A DNA stretch of 64,000 nucleotides from a virus (IMGVR_UViG_3300028602_000006); one strand, 5' to 3'; counted from the stretch's first letter, positions 28,457-37,789 are shown. Numbers and translations are program-made. The notes: generated by a model not told the origin, from the sequence alone.

Positions 28457-28533
28457 GGGCTTGTAGTTCAGTTGGTTAGAACGCCGAACTCATAATTCGG
28501 GAGTCCTCCGTTCGAATCGGAGCAGGCCCACCA
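28457..28533 (+). tRNA. tRNA with CAU anticodon (Ile2-lysidine type likely, or elongator Met)
   Basis: GGGCTTG/CAGGCCC with paired G1-C72, CCGAA-CTCATAA-TTCGG, encoded CCA; 5' half resembles tRNA-Ile. Confidence 0.9.
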
Positions 28534-28593
28534 TTTTTATCTTGACTTAGTTATCAAAATAAGATAGTATGCGGGAAACATAGGAGAAAGATC

Positions 28594-28944
28594 ATGGCAA
28601 CAGCATTTAGACCAATTAAAGGAATGGACTTCAATTTTGATTATAGTAATTTTTCACTCGAAGCATATAATAAAGCAACGGATGAATATATCGCTCGTCT
28701 GCGGAAATGGGTTATGAAAAATACTGATTCAAAAGATTCTATCGTGGGGGAAATGATTCGCTTCCCTGTTGCTGATGGTTATGCAAACTATATGATTTAT
28801 CGTACAAAGCCCCTTCAACTAATTCATGTAGCAATTGGAGACGCTTGGGAGGCTGATCGTTGTCTTATCCGTGGGCTTCGTTTACAGGACGCAAGGGGAC
28901 GGGTGAAGAACGCTAAAGCTATCTCGAAAATGTTTGGGAGATAA
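28594..28944 (+). CDS. hypothetical phage protein
   Basis: IRFPVADGYANYM; GGAG RBS. Confidence 0.75.
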   Translation: MATAFRPIKGMDFNFDYSNFSLEAYNKATDEYIARLRKWVMKNTDSKDSIVGEMIRFPVADGYANYMIYRTKPLQLIHVAIGDAWEADRCLIRGLRLQDARGRVKNAKAISKMFGR

Positions 28945-29027
28945 TGTTTCCCTAGCAAGATTAAATTTTGAAAATAAGTCTTGCAATATTCGCAGGATAT
29001 GATATATTAGTCTTATTCTTTAAAAAT

Positions 29028-29107
29028 GGAATAGAAGAGAGCGTTAGCCATAGAGTAATTGATTGGGTTAACCAGATAATGAAATAGTCCTAATGCCTCT
29101 TTATTCT
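29028..29107 (+). ncRNA. candidate ~80-nt hairpin RNA
   Basis: GAATAGAAGAG/CTCTTTATTC and GCGTTAG/CTAATGC, downstream of promoter near 28980. Confidence 0.4.
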
Positions 29108-29124
29108 GTTATTCTTTGAAAATT

Positions 29125-29410
29125 GAGAAGAAGGAAAAGGCTCTGATGCGTTTTATAGCTGGGAGTCCATTCCAAGTTAGCCAAACAATTAACAACTGGT
29201 TTCCAACTGGACGTTAATTGGACTGTGAACTACCCCGAATGATGGTAACAGAGGGTAAGGAGCAGTTTGTATGCAATCTTGTCATGGATAGGTTATAAGA
29301 TTAAGATTAATCGGGCTGAATAGAACTGCCTATTATTGCGGTGACAATACTATAAAGAACTGTTCCATTATGTTACCGAAAATTCTCGTTTAGAGTGATG
29401 CCTTCTTCTC
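29125..29410 (+). ncRNA. candidate ~290-nt multibranched structured RNA
   Basis: GAGAAGAAGG/CCTTCTTCTC closing stem with nested CAATTAAC/GTTAATTG, GGTAACA/TGTTACC, AATCTTGT/ATAAGATT; no ORF. Confidence 0.6.
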
Positions 29411-29445
29411 TTTTTGATTTAGTGAAAAAATAAAGGAAAAATAAA

Positions 29446-29781
29446 ATGGCAAAACCTGATGAAAAGAAAACTCTCGCAACCCCTAGTGCTTATGGAAGTC
29501 ATGCCTCAATGATTGAACAAGATTTGATGGATCAACCGATTCTTGTTGAACAGCCTAATCTCGTACTATTGAAAGATGAACGTGGTCTTTATCTTACTGA
29601 TCGCTTTCGTTTGGATAATAAACAGGCAGACCCCAATCGTCATGCTTCTGATGAATATCGGGAAGCGCAAATTAAGGGAAATGGGATTGATATTAAATGG
29701 ACTGCTCCCGCTCCCACTGAATGTGATGTATGTGTACCCGCAGAAGGTACAATTGAACCCGCACAGGGTACGGAGGCATAA
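29446..29781 (+). CDS. hypothetical protein
   Basis: AAGGA RBS. Confidence 0.7.
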   Translation: MAKPDEKKTLATPSAYGSHASMIEQDLMDQPILVEQPNLVLLKDERGLYLTDRFRLDNKQADPNRHASDEYREAQIKGNGIDIKWTAPAPTECDVCVPAEGTIEPAQGTEA

Positions 29782-30002
29782 TGATAACAGTAATTGAAAC
29801 ACTTGATGGACGAATATTGATCACTGATAAGAAGAATATTCGTGGAGTAATTGAAGAAGCTCGTAAAGATTGCGTTGAGCTTCCTGACAAGATTAAAGAT
29901 ATTCTTGCTGGAGCAGAGAAATATAAATCATCTTATATTCTTATTTCAAACGGGGATATAAAAGTAGATAGAGCTTGTTCGCCGATCAGTAATCTGGAAT
30001 GA
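29781..30002 (+). CDS. hypothetical protein
   Basis: TAATG coupling. Confidence 0.65.
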   Translation: MITVIETLDGRILITDKKNIRGVIEEARKDCVELPDKIKDILAGAEKYKSSYILISNGDIKVDRACSPISNLE

Positions 30003-30008
30003 GAATAA

Positions 30009-30560
30009 ATGAATATACTTACAAAACTTGCAATATTTCTTGATCCTAATTCAAATCCTGATGCAAAGATACGCTATGTCAAAGGCGATGCGACTCAACC
30101 CATCGGTAAAGGAAATAAAGTCATTATTCATTGTTGTAATGATATTGGGGCGTGGGGAGCAGGATTTGTAATAGCCCTAAGCAAGCGAAGTAAAGCTCCT
30201 GAACTATGTTACAAAGAATGGCATAAGACGGGTAAATCTACTCTTTCATCAGGGAAATTCAAATTGGGAAGCGTTCAATTTACCCCTTATTTTGATGCCT
30301 CTCCCTTTACCGTTGTGGCTAATATGATTGGTCAGCATGGTTGTGGTATGGATGAAAAAGGGAACCCACCTATTCGTTATTCTGCGATTCGTAAATGCCT
30401 CAAGAAAGTCCGTAATCATTGTCTCTTGACTGATGCGTCTGTTCATGCTCCCCGTTTCGGTTCAGACCTTGCGGGAGGCGATTGGAATATCATTGAAAAA
30501 ATAATTGAAGAAGAATTGACAATGAGGGGCGTTTCTGTTACAGTCTATAATTGGAATTAG
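30009..30560 (+). CDS. macrodomain protein (ADP-ribose hydrolase, TARG1/Poa1-like)
   Basis: IRYVKGDAT, IIHCCNDIGAWGAGFV, PRFGSDLAGGDW. Confidence 0.85.
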   Translation: MNILTKLAIFLDPNSNPDAKIRYVKGDATQPIGKGNKVIIHCCNDIGAWGAGFVIALSKRSKAPELCYKEWHKTGKSTLSSGKFKLGSVQFTPYFDASPFTVVANMIGQHGCGMDEKGNPPIRYSAIRKCLKKVRNHCLLTDASVHAPRFGSDLAGGDWNIIEKIIEEELTMRGVSVTVYNWN

Positions 30561-30584
30561 TAATAGAATAATACGGAGAAAACA

Positions 30585-30785
30585 ATGAATAATGGAACGA
30601 ATGATCTCAAGAAGTTTCTCGAAAGGAATTATATGCGTAAGGGCGGGGCAGATACAATGTCTATCGCTATTCGTGATCTGTTGACTGACCTACTTCATAT
30701 CGGATCAGAAATAAATGTTGACATTCCCACTCGTCTGACTGACGCTGAAGAAGTTTTTGCGGAAGAGATTTTGGAGCAGAATTAA
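30585..30785 (+). CDS. hypothetical protein
   Basis: GGAG RBS. Confidence 0.65.
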   Translation: MNNGTNDLKKFLERNYMRKGGADTMSIAIRDLLTDLLHIGSEINVDIPTRLTDAEEVFAEEILEQN

Positions 30786-30798
30786 GAAGGGATATATC

Positions 30799-31110
30799 AT
30801 GCAATTTGTATGTAAGAAATGCGGTGGAACTCGTCTTGAAGAAGTTATGGTTGACGTTACTGTTTCCTCTATGATAACTTCTATTGCAATTGAAGATGGA
30901 GAAATCAATCTTGAATATGGCGAACAATCATATGAAAATAATGAAGGTGGAACTGTAGAGAGTTATCAATGCATGGATTGCGGGCAGGTTATCGCTCGCT
31001 CTCAAGAAGAACTCATTGAAGCTCTGTCAGGTAAAGAATGTCTTGTTGATTCAGATGGTTGTCTAATTGATAATGATGGCGATGCTGAAACAGATATGGA
31101 AGATAGATAA
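30799..31110 (+). CDS. Zn-ribbon hypothetical protein
   Basis: CKKCG...YQCMDCG. Confidence 0.7.
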   Translation: MQFVCKKCGGTRLEEVMVDVTVSSMITSIAIEDGEINLEYGEQSYENNEGGTVESYQCMDCGQVIARSQEELIEALSGKECLVDSDGCLIDNDGDAETDMEDR

Positions 31111-31173
31111 TTTTTCCAAAAAGTAAAAATTACTATTGACATCGTTATGCTTCTGTGATATATTAGTTGCATA

Positions 31174-31314
31174 ATGAAAAATAAGAAAATAAAGATTCGC
31201 AAAAGTTGGGGACAAGTCAATCCTGTTCAACGCCCTCATTCTACTAAAAAAGGCAAGATTGGATATGACCGCAAAGAGAACAAGCGGATTGAACGAAGCG
31301 AACAGGAACTTTAA
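31174..31314 (+). CDS. small basic peptide, weakly ArfA-like (46 aa, not in track)
   Basis: Own promoter; PVQRPHSTKKGKIGYDRKENKR. Confidence 0.45.
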   Translation: MKNKKIKIRKSWGQVNPVQRPHSTKKGKIGYDRKENKRIERSEQEL

Positions 31315-31344
31315 TAACATTGAGAAAAATATAGGAGAAAAATC

Positions 31345-31533
31345 ATGGCATGGATTATTGGAGTAGTATCTGACGAAGAGTTAGAACAGTTGCGTAAGAT
31401 TGGATGGAAAGACGAAGATCCACCCCAAACATTGCCCCTTCGAACAAATAAGGGTAGTGTACAAGCGTTTTTCGTAGATAATGATGTGTATAATATTATG
31501 ACGGGGCCAGATTGGGAAAAGCCAACGTCTTGA
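31345..31533 (+). CDS. hypothetical protein
   Basis: GGAG RBS. Confidence 0.65.
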   Translation: MAWIIGVVSDEELEQLRKIGWKDEDPPQTLPLRTNKGSVQAFFVDNDVYNIMTGPDWEKPTS

Positions 31534-31612
31534 AAAAAGAACTTTTGTAATAAAAAGTTCTTGCATTGTTAAAGCTCATTTGATATATTACCAATAATGA
31601 AAGGAAAATAAA

Positions 31613-31945
31613 ATGATAGATATTGTACTTCTGACAAGGGAACCGAATGGCGACAAGAACAATTGGGTTATTGCAACTCAAGAAACAGATAAGAATACAG
31701 GAAAATTCTGGCGTGGAGTTGTATTTGGGAAAGGCGTTACGGGATTCAAGGGATGTTCATTCGTTGAAGTGGACAATGAACTTGATAATTTTATCTCCAA
31801 TCGAAAAGGAACAGGCTATGTTGAGCAGGTTCGAATGAAGATCTATTTCCCTGCTGAAAAGATTATTCGTTTCCTTCAGCGTTATGCCCCGAAGATGCAG
31901 GAATTGTCTAAAGAAATTAGTGAGATGATTCTCAAGAATTGTTGA
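31613..31945 (+). CDS. hypothetical protein
   Basis: Promoter and RBS. Confidence 0.7.
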   Translation: MIDIVLLTREPNGDKNNWVIATQETDKNTGKFWRGVVFGKGVTGFKGCSFVEVDNELDNFISNRKGTGYVEQVRMKIYFPAEKIIRFLQRYAPKMQELSKEISEMILKNC

Positions 31946-32027
31946 TGATTTTTTAGTATTGACAACTGAACCTCAATATGCCATAATGGGGCTTTGAATA
32001 TTGGAAGAGAAATCAATAGGAGTAAAG

Positions 32028-32450
32028 ATGGGCGAAATTCTGGCAAAGTATATTGAGAATCGCAAAGGTCAGCGTTGCGGAGTTATTGTTGGGCAGTGCG
32101 TTGACGGGGAACTTCAGATTGGATGGAGTCATTGCAATCTGAAGGTGGACAAGTATACTACTAATAAAAGAGCAAGGGAGATAGCTCTGTTTCACGCAGT
32201 AAATGGCACGAATCATCAGATGCCTCATGCAATTGCCAAGCTTTATGATGGCTTCGTTCATCGTTGTCTCTGTTATTTTAAACAGGCAACGCATATGCTC
32301 GAACATATTGCCAAGAAAGATGACCTTACGGGCGAGATTCATATCATCCCCATTCAGAATCCTATCGTCTTTGAACAAAGATCCAAAAGGATTTGGAGAG
32401 GCAATATTAGAGGGAATAGCCAAAGCAGACAGGGAAAATGGGGAGGTTAA
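32028..32450 (+). CDS. hypothetical protein (paralog of 24786..25196)
   Basis: GGAG RBS before ATG 32028. Confidence 0.7.
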   Translation: MGEILAKYIENRKGQRCGVIVGQCVDGELQIGWSHCNLKVDKYTTNKRAREIALFHAVNGTNHQMPHAIAKLYDGFVHRCLCYFKQATHMLEHIAKKDDLTGEIHIIPIQNPIVFEQRSKRIWRGNIRGNSQSRQGKWGG

Positions 32451-32526
32451 TGAAATTTGTTAAACGGGCAAAAGAAATCGTTCTTGAAGCAGAAAAGTTT
32501 GTGAGAGAAATCCTCAAGGGGCAATA

Positions 32527-32751
32527 ATGAAAGTAAAATGTACAGTAGCTTGTGTTAATGCGAACGGCGAACCTGATTTCCATTTCGTAACCGTTAAATG
32601 CACTCAGGAGCAATATGATAATGGCGATCATTACGATGCCGCCAAACAGGATGCAGAGAAAGAAGGCTATGAACCGTTCTTGGCTTATGATGAAAATGAT
32701 CCCCTAATGTCAATGACTGTATGGGAATCAATGAATGTTGTGGAAATTTAA
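32527..32751 (+). CDS. hypothetical protein
   Basis: ORF with RBS. Confidence 0.65.
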   Translation: MKVKCTVACVNANGEPDFHFVTVKCTQEQYDNGDHYDAAKQDAEKEGYEPFLAYDENDPLMSMTVWESMNVVEI

Positions 32752-32763
32752 CGGGAGAATGAA

Positions 32764-32982
32764 ATGATAGATGGATATGTAACCCCGCCCAAATTGGTTG
32801 AGGAAGTTCTGAATGAAAAGAAAGTCCCCTATCAGGATATGAGTCAAATGGCAAAGGCATGTCTTGATTCGAATTGGAAACAAGTTGAAGTCTGGGATAC
32901 CGACGCTCAAAAATGGGAGCAGAATAGGATTTGCCCTCGTCATTGGAACCTTGACGCCTATCGAGTTCCAGGGTTTCATTAA
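32764..32982 (+). CDS. hypothetical protein
   Basis: GGGAG RBS. Confidence 0.6.
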   Translation: MIDGYVTPPKLVEEVLNEKKVPYQDMSQMAKACLDSNWKQVEVWDTDAQKWEQNRICPRHWNLDAYRVPGFH

Positions 32983-33133
32983 ATCGGAATAAAAATGAAA
33001 AAGAGCCAGCCTCTACAATTTAAATTGAAAGAAGGAAGTCCTTTAATTGACTTTATAAAGAGATTTAAAGCCAGTGATGTTTCTAAAACATGTAGAGACT
33101 TTTTCACAGAATATAGGGTGAATAAGCAGAAAA

Positions 33134-33370
33134 ATGAAAAAGATTGAATTAGGCTCTGATGATATTTATTATCAAATTGAGGGAAGTTATACCCACATTT
33201 TTGATGATGAGGGAGAGCCTCTGCTAACCTTGCGCTGGGCAGCGTCGGAAACTGAAATCGCGGCCACGGCATATGGGTTTGGGGCCGGACGGAAGATAGG
33301 CATAATCATTGGCAGGCTTGAAAAGGAATTTGAAATAAAGAGGGTTTTAGGTATTGTAAATCCATCGTAA
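33134..33370 (+). CDS. hypothetical protein
   Basis: ORF. Confidence 0.55.
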   Translation: MKKIELGSDDIYYQIEGSYTHIFDDEGEPLLTLRWAASETEIAATAYGFGAGRKIGIIIGRLEKEFEIKRVLGIVNPS

Positions 33371-33446
33371 CAATGGGAGATTAAAAATGAAGAGTGTCAT
33401 CATTTCGTCTTCGAACGCAGGGAAAAATAGAGTATTGGTATGAATT

Positions 33447-33854
33447 ATGAATGAAGAAATATCAGTTGCCCCGAATGACGAAGGCAAAATCCCTATCGGA
33501 TATACTTGCAAATATTCCGCTGAATGTAATTTTAAGGACGTAGCCCGTAATTGGGAAGGATGTCCTGTTTGTAATGGAAAAACGCATACTGTAGAATTCT
33601 CATGCGCTAATGCAAGAGCGTTTAAGATTTCGGATAATAGTATTGAATTTGAAGATAAATGGGATGAAACAATTAAAGATACCCTGCAAGAAATTTGTAG
33701 AGATTGTGAAAAAGTTGAAAAATTAATAGATGCTCTGAGAGAAATTGCATCATACGGATTTAAGCATTCGGGTTGCGGATATACTTGCGCTACTATGGCT
33801 ACGACAGCGTTAAACGATTTGGGCAAAATGGGTAGTAAGACGGGTAAAACATGA
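33447..33854 (+). CDS. Cys-rich hypothetical protein
   Basis: CPVCNG, CRDC. Confidence 0.6.
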   Translation: MNEEISVAPNDEGKIPIGYTCKYSAECNFKDVARNWEGCPVCNGKTHTVEFSCANARAFKISDNSIEFEDKWDETIKDTLQEICRDCEKVEKLIDALREIASYGFKHSGCGYTCATMATTALNDLGKMGSKTGKT

Positions 33855-33949
33855 ATTACATATGCCTAGATTGCGGATGCGAATTTGAATACAATATTGA
33901 TGGATGCCCTGACTGCGGTAGCCAAAATATATATCACTATCCCGAATGA
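33851..33949 (+). CDS. micro Zn-ribbon peptide (32 aa, not in track)
   Basis: MNYICLDCG...CPDCGS; ATGA overlap. Confidence 0.5.
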   Translation: MNYICLDCGCEFEYNIDGCPDCGSQNIYHYPE

Positions 33950-34008
33950 TTTATCTTGACTTACCCACGGAATGTATGATACGCTACGTCTAACAATAGG
34001 AGAAGAAA

Positions 34009-34182
34009 ATGAAACTTAATGATTATATCGGGAAAGAAGTTGATGTATGGGCTAAAGAGGGAGACGACTTCAATGATTTTGGAGGGACAGCAATTGGAAT
34101 CCGCAATGGGCATTTACAAGTTCGTGACCAAGAAGATGATGTCTTTGAAGTAGATGAAGACCAAGTTGATATTGTGGAATGA
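34009..34182 (+). CDS. small hypothetical protein (not in track)
   Basis: Promoter near 33956, GGAG RBS; MKLNDYIGKEVDV. Confidence 0.55.
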   Translation: MKLNDYIGKEVDVWAKEGDDFNDFGGTAIGIRNGHLQVRDQEDDVFEVDEDQVDIVE

Positions 34183-34397
34183 GGGAAACAATGTCTGATA
34201 TTAAATTACCGAAATTGCTCGAAGCGTCTGATTACCATGAGTTTGTGGCCATTGATACCGCCCTTAATGGTACTGGAATAAGATGTAAAGAAATTGGTTT
34301 TAACGGCAAATATCTGGGTATCATCTATACTGGAACATTTCAAGACCCTGAAAACAGAAAGATGATTGATGAAATTCGTAAAATGGAGATGGCATGA
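34179..34397 (+). CDS. hypothetical protein
   Basis: ORF; start may be 34191. Confidence 0.6.
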   Translation: MRETMSDIKLPKLLEASDYHEFVAIDTALNGTGIRCKEIGFNGKYLGIIYTGTFQDPENRKMIDEIRKMEMA

Positions 34398-34762
34398 TTA
34401 CTTCAGGCAGAATTATTAACAACCCCGAATCCCACCTTCTTTTCGCAAATATTAAAGTCAATGGAGTTTATACCCGCTTCATTATTGCCAATGGTTCTTT
34501 GCCGATTACCCCGCTGAATGATGAAACCGCTATTTTTGAAGTTGACCCCGACGATCAGTATTGCTATTATCTTCCCGATGATTGCGTAACAAAGAAACCA
34601 ATCTTCAAGGATGATATGTGCAAAAAACTGAAGTGTCCCAATTGTCCCGAAGATACCGAAATTTATTGTACGCAGGAATCGAGTACAAAGGGAGACTGTT
34701 GGGTATATTTTTGCAAAGAATGTGATGCTGAAATTTTTTCTGAACCCATTATTTATAAGTGA
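34394..34762 (+). CDS. hypothetical protein with C-terminal Zn ribbon
   Basis: CPNCP...CKECD. Confidence 0.65.
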   Translation: MITSGRIINNPESHLLFANIKVNGVYTRFIIANGSLPITPLNDETAIFEVDPDDQYCYYLPDDCVTKKPIFKDDMCKKLKCPNCPEDTEIYCTQESSTKGDCWVYFCKECDAEIFSEPIIYK

Positions 34763-34766
34763 AATT

Positions 34767-35015
34767 ATGAACTACTATAATTGTCCAATCCCAAAAGATA
34801 AGATGACTCAGTTTCACGAAATTCTTTGTGCTACTGGAGGAAGATATATCGAAGATCCACAATTTGTTAAACACGAGAATCAATATCGAGTCAGTTATAC
34901 TCCGGGTAAAGAAACTGAAAAATTGTGGCATCGTTGTTTAACCGAAATTAAAGAAGTACGCAAGGATCAGAAGTGGAGAATATTCTTGCGCAGGTTTTTA
35001 CATATTAATGCTTGA
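34767..35015 (+). CDS. hypothetical protein
   Basis: ATG 34767. Confidence 0.6.
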   Translation: MNYYNCPIPKDKMTQFHEILCATGGRYIEDPQFVKHENQYRVSYTPGKETEKLWHRCLTEIKEVRKDQKWRIFLRRFLHINA

Positions 35016-35063
35016 CTTAACTACCTGAATGTGATATTCTTTACCTAACAATAAAAGAATGTC

Positions 35064-35261
35064 ATGCAAAAAATAACTAAAGCAGATAGAAAAGTCGGAC
35101 AAGAGTTCTTTGACTCGCTTTCTGATAAAGAATTGAGCAAACGTCTTGACCTCATTCGAAAACAAAAAGAAGTTGCTTTCTACTCCCTGAATACTGAAGT
35201 ACTTGACGAGTTGGATAAAACCGAACAGCAAATTATCAAAGCAAGGGTGAAAAAAGTATGA
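35064..35261 (+). CDS. hypothetical helical protein
   Basis: Own promoter. Confidence 0.6.
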   Translation: MQKITKADRKVGQEFFDSLSDKELSKRLDLIRKQKEVAFYSLNTEVLDELDKTEQQIIKARVKKV

Positions 35262-35452
35262 GCCTTTCAAGAAAAACAAGATTGTACGCTTTCATATGTT
35301 CTCCTGTTCTGTTTTTTGCAGGATGCGTTTTGATTCAATCTGGTCATGTTAAATTCCCCGAAGAGTTTAATTACTTCGCTTATCTTGGTACAATTTTCAT
35401 TTTCTTGTCAGGAGCAATGTTTAGTGAGTTTTCCCCAGAAATAATAAAATGA
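35258..35452 (+). CDS. small two-helix membrane protein
   Basis: Two hydrophobic segments. Confidence 0.6.
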   Translation: MSLSRKTRLYAFICSPVLFFAGCVLIQSGHVKFPEEFNYFAYLGTIFIFLSGAMFSEFSPEIIK

Positions 35453-35661
35453 AATCCACATATCTATTTGATAATGAACTAATTGAGATAAATGGAATAG
35501 AGTACGAATATTCTGGCGTGATATATGGCGAAGAAGAGCATAGAGCCGACGAGATTGATGACCTTTCCAGAACTGATGGAGAAGAAATCCCCTTAGATAT
35601 TCGTGACGAGATTGAAGAAAAATGTATTGATGATATGAACAAACAAGTGCGAGAACAATGA
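35449..35661 (+). CDS. acidic hypothetical protein
   Basis: ATGA overlap. Confidence 0.6.
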   Translation: MKSTYLFDNELIEINGIEYEYSGVIYGEEEHRADEIDDLSRTDGEEIPLDIRDEIEEKCIDDMNKQVREQ

Positions 35662-35712
35662 AAATAATAATCTTGTTCTTGACTTTCTATTCCAATATGA
35701 TATAGTGGTGGC

Positions 35713-35922
35713 ATGATAAAAGAAAGAACAATTCAAGAACAAATCCTTGCTGATGAATGGTTCCTTGCCATTCCCGATGACCTTTATCAGCCTTGCCCTT
35801 GCGGAGGAATAGACGGCAAAGGTTGCAATAAAAAGATGCGCTTTGTAATTAAAGACGGGGATGAAGAAATAGATAAGCATATTGACCAATTCATCCAAAA
35901 TAAACAAAAGGGATTGATATGA
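35713..35922 (+). CDS. hypothetical protein (SEC-C-like PCPCG)
   Basis: YQPCPCGG...KKMRF. Confidence 0.6.
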   Translation: MIKERTIQEQILADEWFLAIPDDLYQPCPCGGIDGKGCNKKMRFVIKDGDEEIDKHIDQFIQNKQKGLI

Positions 35923-36449
35923 AATACGCATACAATCAGTTAATTAAAGGTTTTGTAATCACAAAGGGCGATGAAGAAATCGCAATCGTCCCTTGCTATG
36001 ATCCCAAACTCGACAATGAAAAGAAACAGATAGCCGAACTCATTACAAATCTTTTGAATGAACATGAAGATGGGTCTAAGGTACGTTGGGTAGATGCCCT
36101 CGAAGAACTCAAGCCACTACTCAATGAAATGTTTGGAATGTTCAAGTGGCATTTATGGTGGAATGAAGAAGATGCAGAATCCCCTAACTCTATTAAAATC
36201 GCCGTCTATGATGATCACGATGGATGGCTTGCCCTGATATATGCTTCTTATATTGATGGGAAGCTCCGAGAGAGTATCTTCCCTTACGAAGACTTGCTTA
36301 TTGACCATGCCTGCCAAGAATGCGGTAAGGGGCATACTGAAAAACTGTCTGATACCCCTTGCCGATTTACCAAAATATGGGGCGAACACGAAGATTACTG
36401 CCATGTCTGCAAAAAGAAAACAACTTGGCATTGGGATATTATGAGCTAA
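35919..36449 (+). CDS. hypothetical protein with C-terminal Zn ribbon
   Basis: CQECG...CHVC. Confidence 0.7.
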   Translation: MKYAYNQLIKGFVITKGDEEIAIVPCYDPKLDNEKKQIAELITNLLNEHEDGSKVRWVDALEELKPLLNEMFGMFKWHLWWNEEDAESPNSIKIAVYDDHDGWLALIYASYIDGKLRESIFPYEDLLIDHACQECGKGHTEKLSDTPCRFTKIWGEHEDYCHVCKKKTTWHWDIMS

Positions 36450-36459
36450 TATGACTCCT

Positions 36460-36493
36460 TAACTCGTAATGGATGACGAGTTATTTATCTTTT
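36460..36493 (+). terminator. probable terminator
   Basis: TAACTCGT/ACGAGTTA + T-rich tail. Confidence 0.55.
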
Positions 36494-36579
36494 TATAATT
36501 TAATTCGTCTTATTTGGCGAAATAAGTATTGACTTCTCACAATAAATATGTTTTAATATGGGGAGAATAGGAGATAGAT

Positions 36580-36966
36580 ATGGATTCAAATTATTACGAT
36601 TGGCTTGCGGGACTGAAAGAAGGTGATACCGTATTTTATGCTTCCGATTCTAATAGCGTAAAAGTTCCCCGAAAGGTTGTCAAAGTCACCAATACGATGA
36701 TTATTGTTGAAATCGGTAAAAACCTCGAAGGGGTAGCCTATACTGACCGCTTTCGCAAAAAAAATGGCAATAAGGTTGGTGGCGGGGATTGGTCAAGGTC
36801 AAGCATATTCCCTCCTACGGATGAACTTTATAAGACCTACAAAACAACCATTCTGAAAAATAAAGTACTCAAGGCAATGAAGGAAATTGATTTGTCGGGT
36901 AAAGATCAGACTTGGCTTGAAAATTTCCTCAATGTCATTGCTCCATTTATTGCAAAAGAAAACTAA
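36580..36966 (+). CDS. hypothetical protein
   Basis: Promoter and GGAG RBS. Confidence 0.7.
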   Translation: MDSNYYDWLAGLKEGDTVFYASDSNSVKVPRKVVKVTNTMIIVEIGKNLEGVAYTDRFRKKNGNKVGGGDWSRSSIFPPTDELYKTYKTTILKNKVLKAMKEIDLSGKDQTWLENFLNVIAPFIAKEN

Positions 36967-36994
36967 AAATTGTGCTTGACTTTTGAGAAAATTT

Positions 36995-37258
36995 ATGAGT
37001 GAAAAAACAGTTATTGTTGGGAATGGCCTTACAAGTCCTATTCAGGAAATCAAAAATATGGATTGCGAAGTAATATTCCCATATTATCCTGTTCATCATG
37101 AAATTCCCAAAATAGAAAAAAGAGGGAAACCCCAAAATCCCAAACAAGCAAAAAAATGCAGACTTCCTTTCTGCGACAATATGACAACGCATAATGGTGG
37201 TTATTGTAAACCCGAACATTGCAAAGAACATCATGAAATGATGAAAAATAGGGCTTGA
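36995..37258 (+). CDS. hypothetical Zn-binding protein
   Basis: CRLPFC...HNGGYC. Confidence 0.55.
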   Translation: MSEKTVIVGNGLTSPIQEIKNMDCEVIFPYYPVHHEIPKIEKRGKPQNPKQAKKCRLPFCDNMTTHNGGYCKPEHCKEHHEMMKNRA

Positions 37259-37306
37259 CTTTCAAAATCAATTATGTTAGGCTTCAATCAACAATAGGAG
37301 AAAATT

Positions 37307-37528
37307 ATGGAAACTTACGCTGTCATTGAAATGAATTCAGACGATTCCAAAGTGTTTCTTTCTGCTCGTTCATTCCCTTATACTCGTGAAGGCAAGAGAG
37401 ATGCCGAACAGCTTTTCCTTAACTGCATGAAGGAAAATGGAGCAAAGAAGGATGAATTCCCGCAAGCTATTGAGGATGGCACTTGGGAAATTGGAACTTA
37501 TCATATTGTCCTTGTTACAACGGAATAA
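37307..37528 (+). CDS. hypothetical protein
   Basis: Promoter and GGAG RBS. Confidence 0.7.
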   Translation: METYAVIEMNSDDSKVFLSARSFPYTREGKRDAEQLFLNCMKENGAKKDEFPQAIEDGTWEIGTYHIVLVTTE

Positions 37529-37581
37529 TACTTGACTTCATTCCTGTAATATGTTATCCTTTCTGAAAATAAGGAGAATAA

Positions 37582-37779
37582 ATGAGCAACAAAAAAATAA
37601 CCTTGTCGAAAAATCTTGTTCAGAAATTGATTGGAATTGCAAGCGATGGAATTGACCTTGCACAGGAGTATGCAGGCGGAGAATCTGAATCTGCTGATGA
37701 ATTTCTGAAACAACTCAAAAAAGTCAATAAAATAATCACGAAAGAAAACGGCGGGAAAGAACTCGTTTGGGTTGAATAA
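37582..37779 (+). CDS. hypothetical protein
   Basis: Promoter and AAGGAG RBS. Confidence 0.7.
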   Translation: MSNKKITLSKNLVQKLIGIASDGIDLAQEYAGGESESADEFLKQLKKVNKIITKENGGKELVWVE

Positions 37780-37789
37780 GGAGACAATC

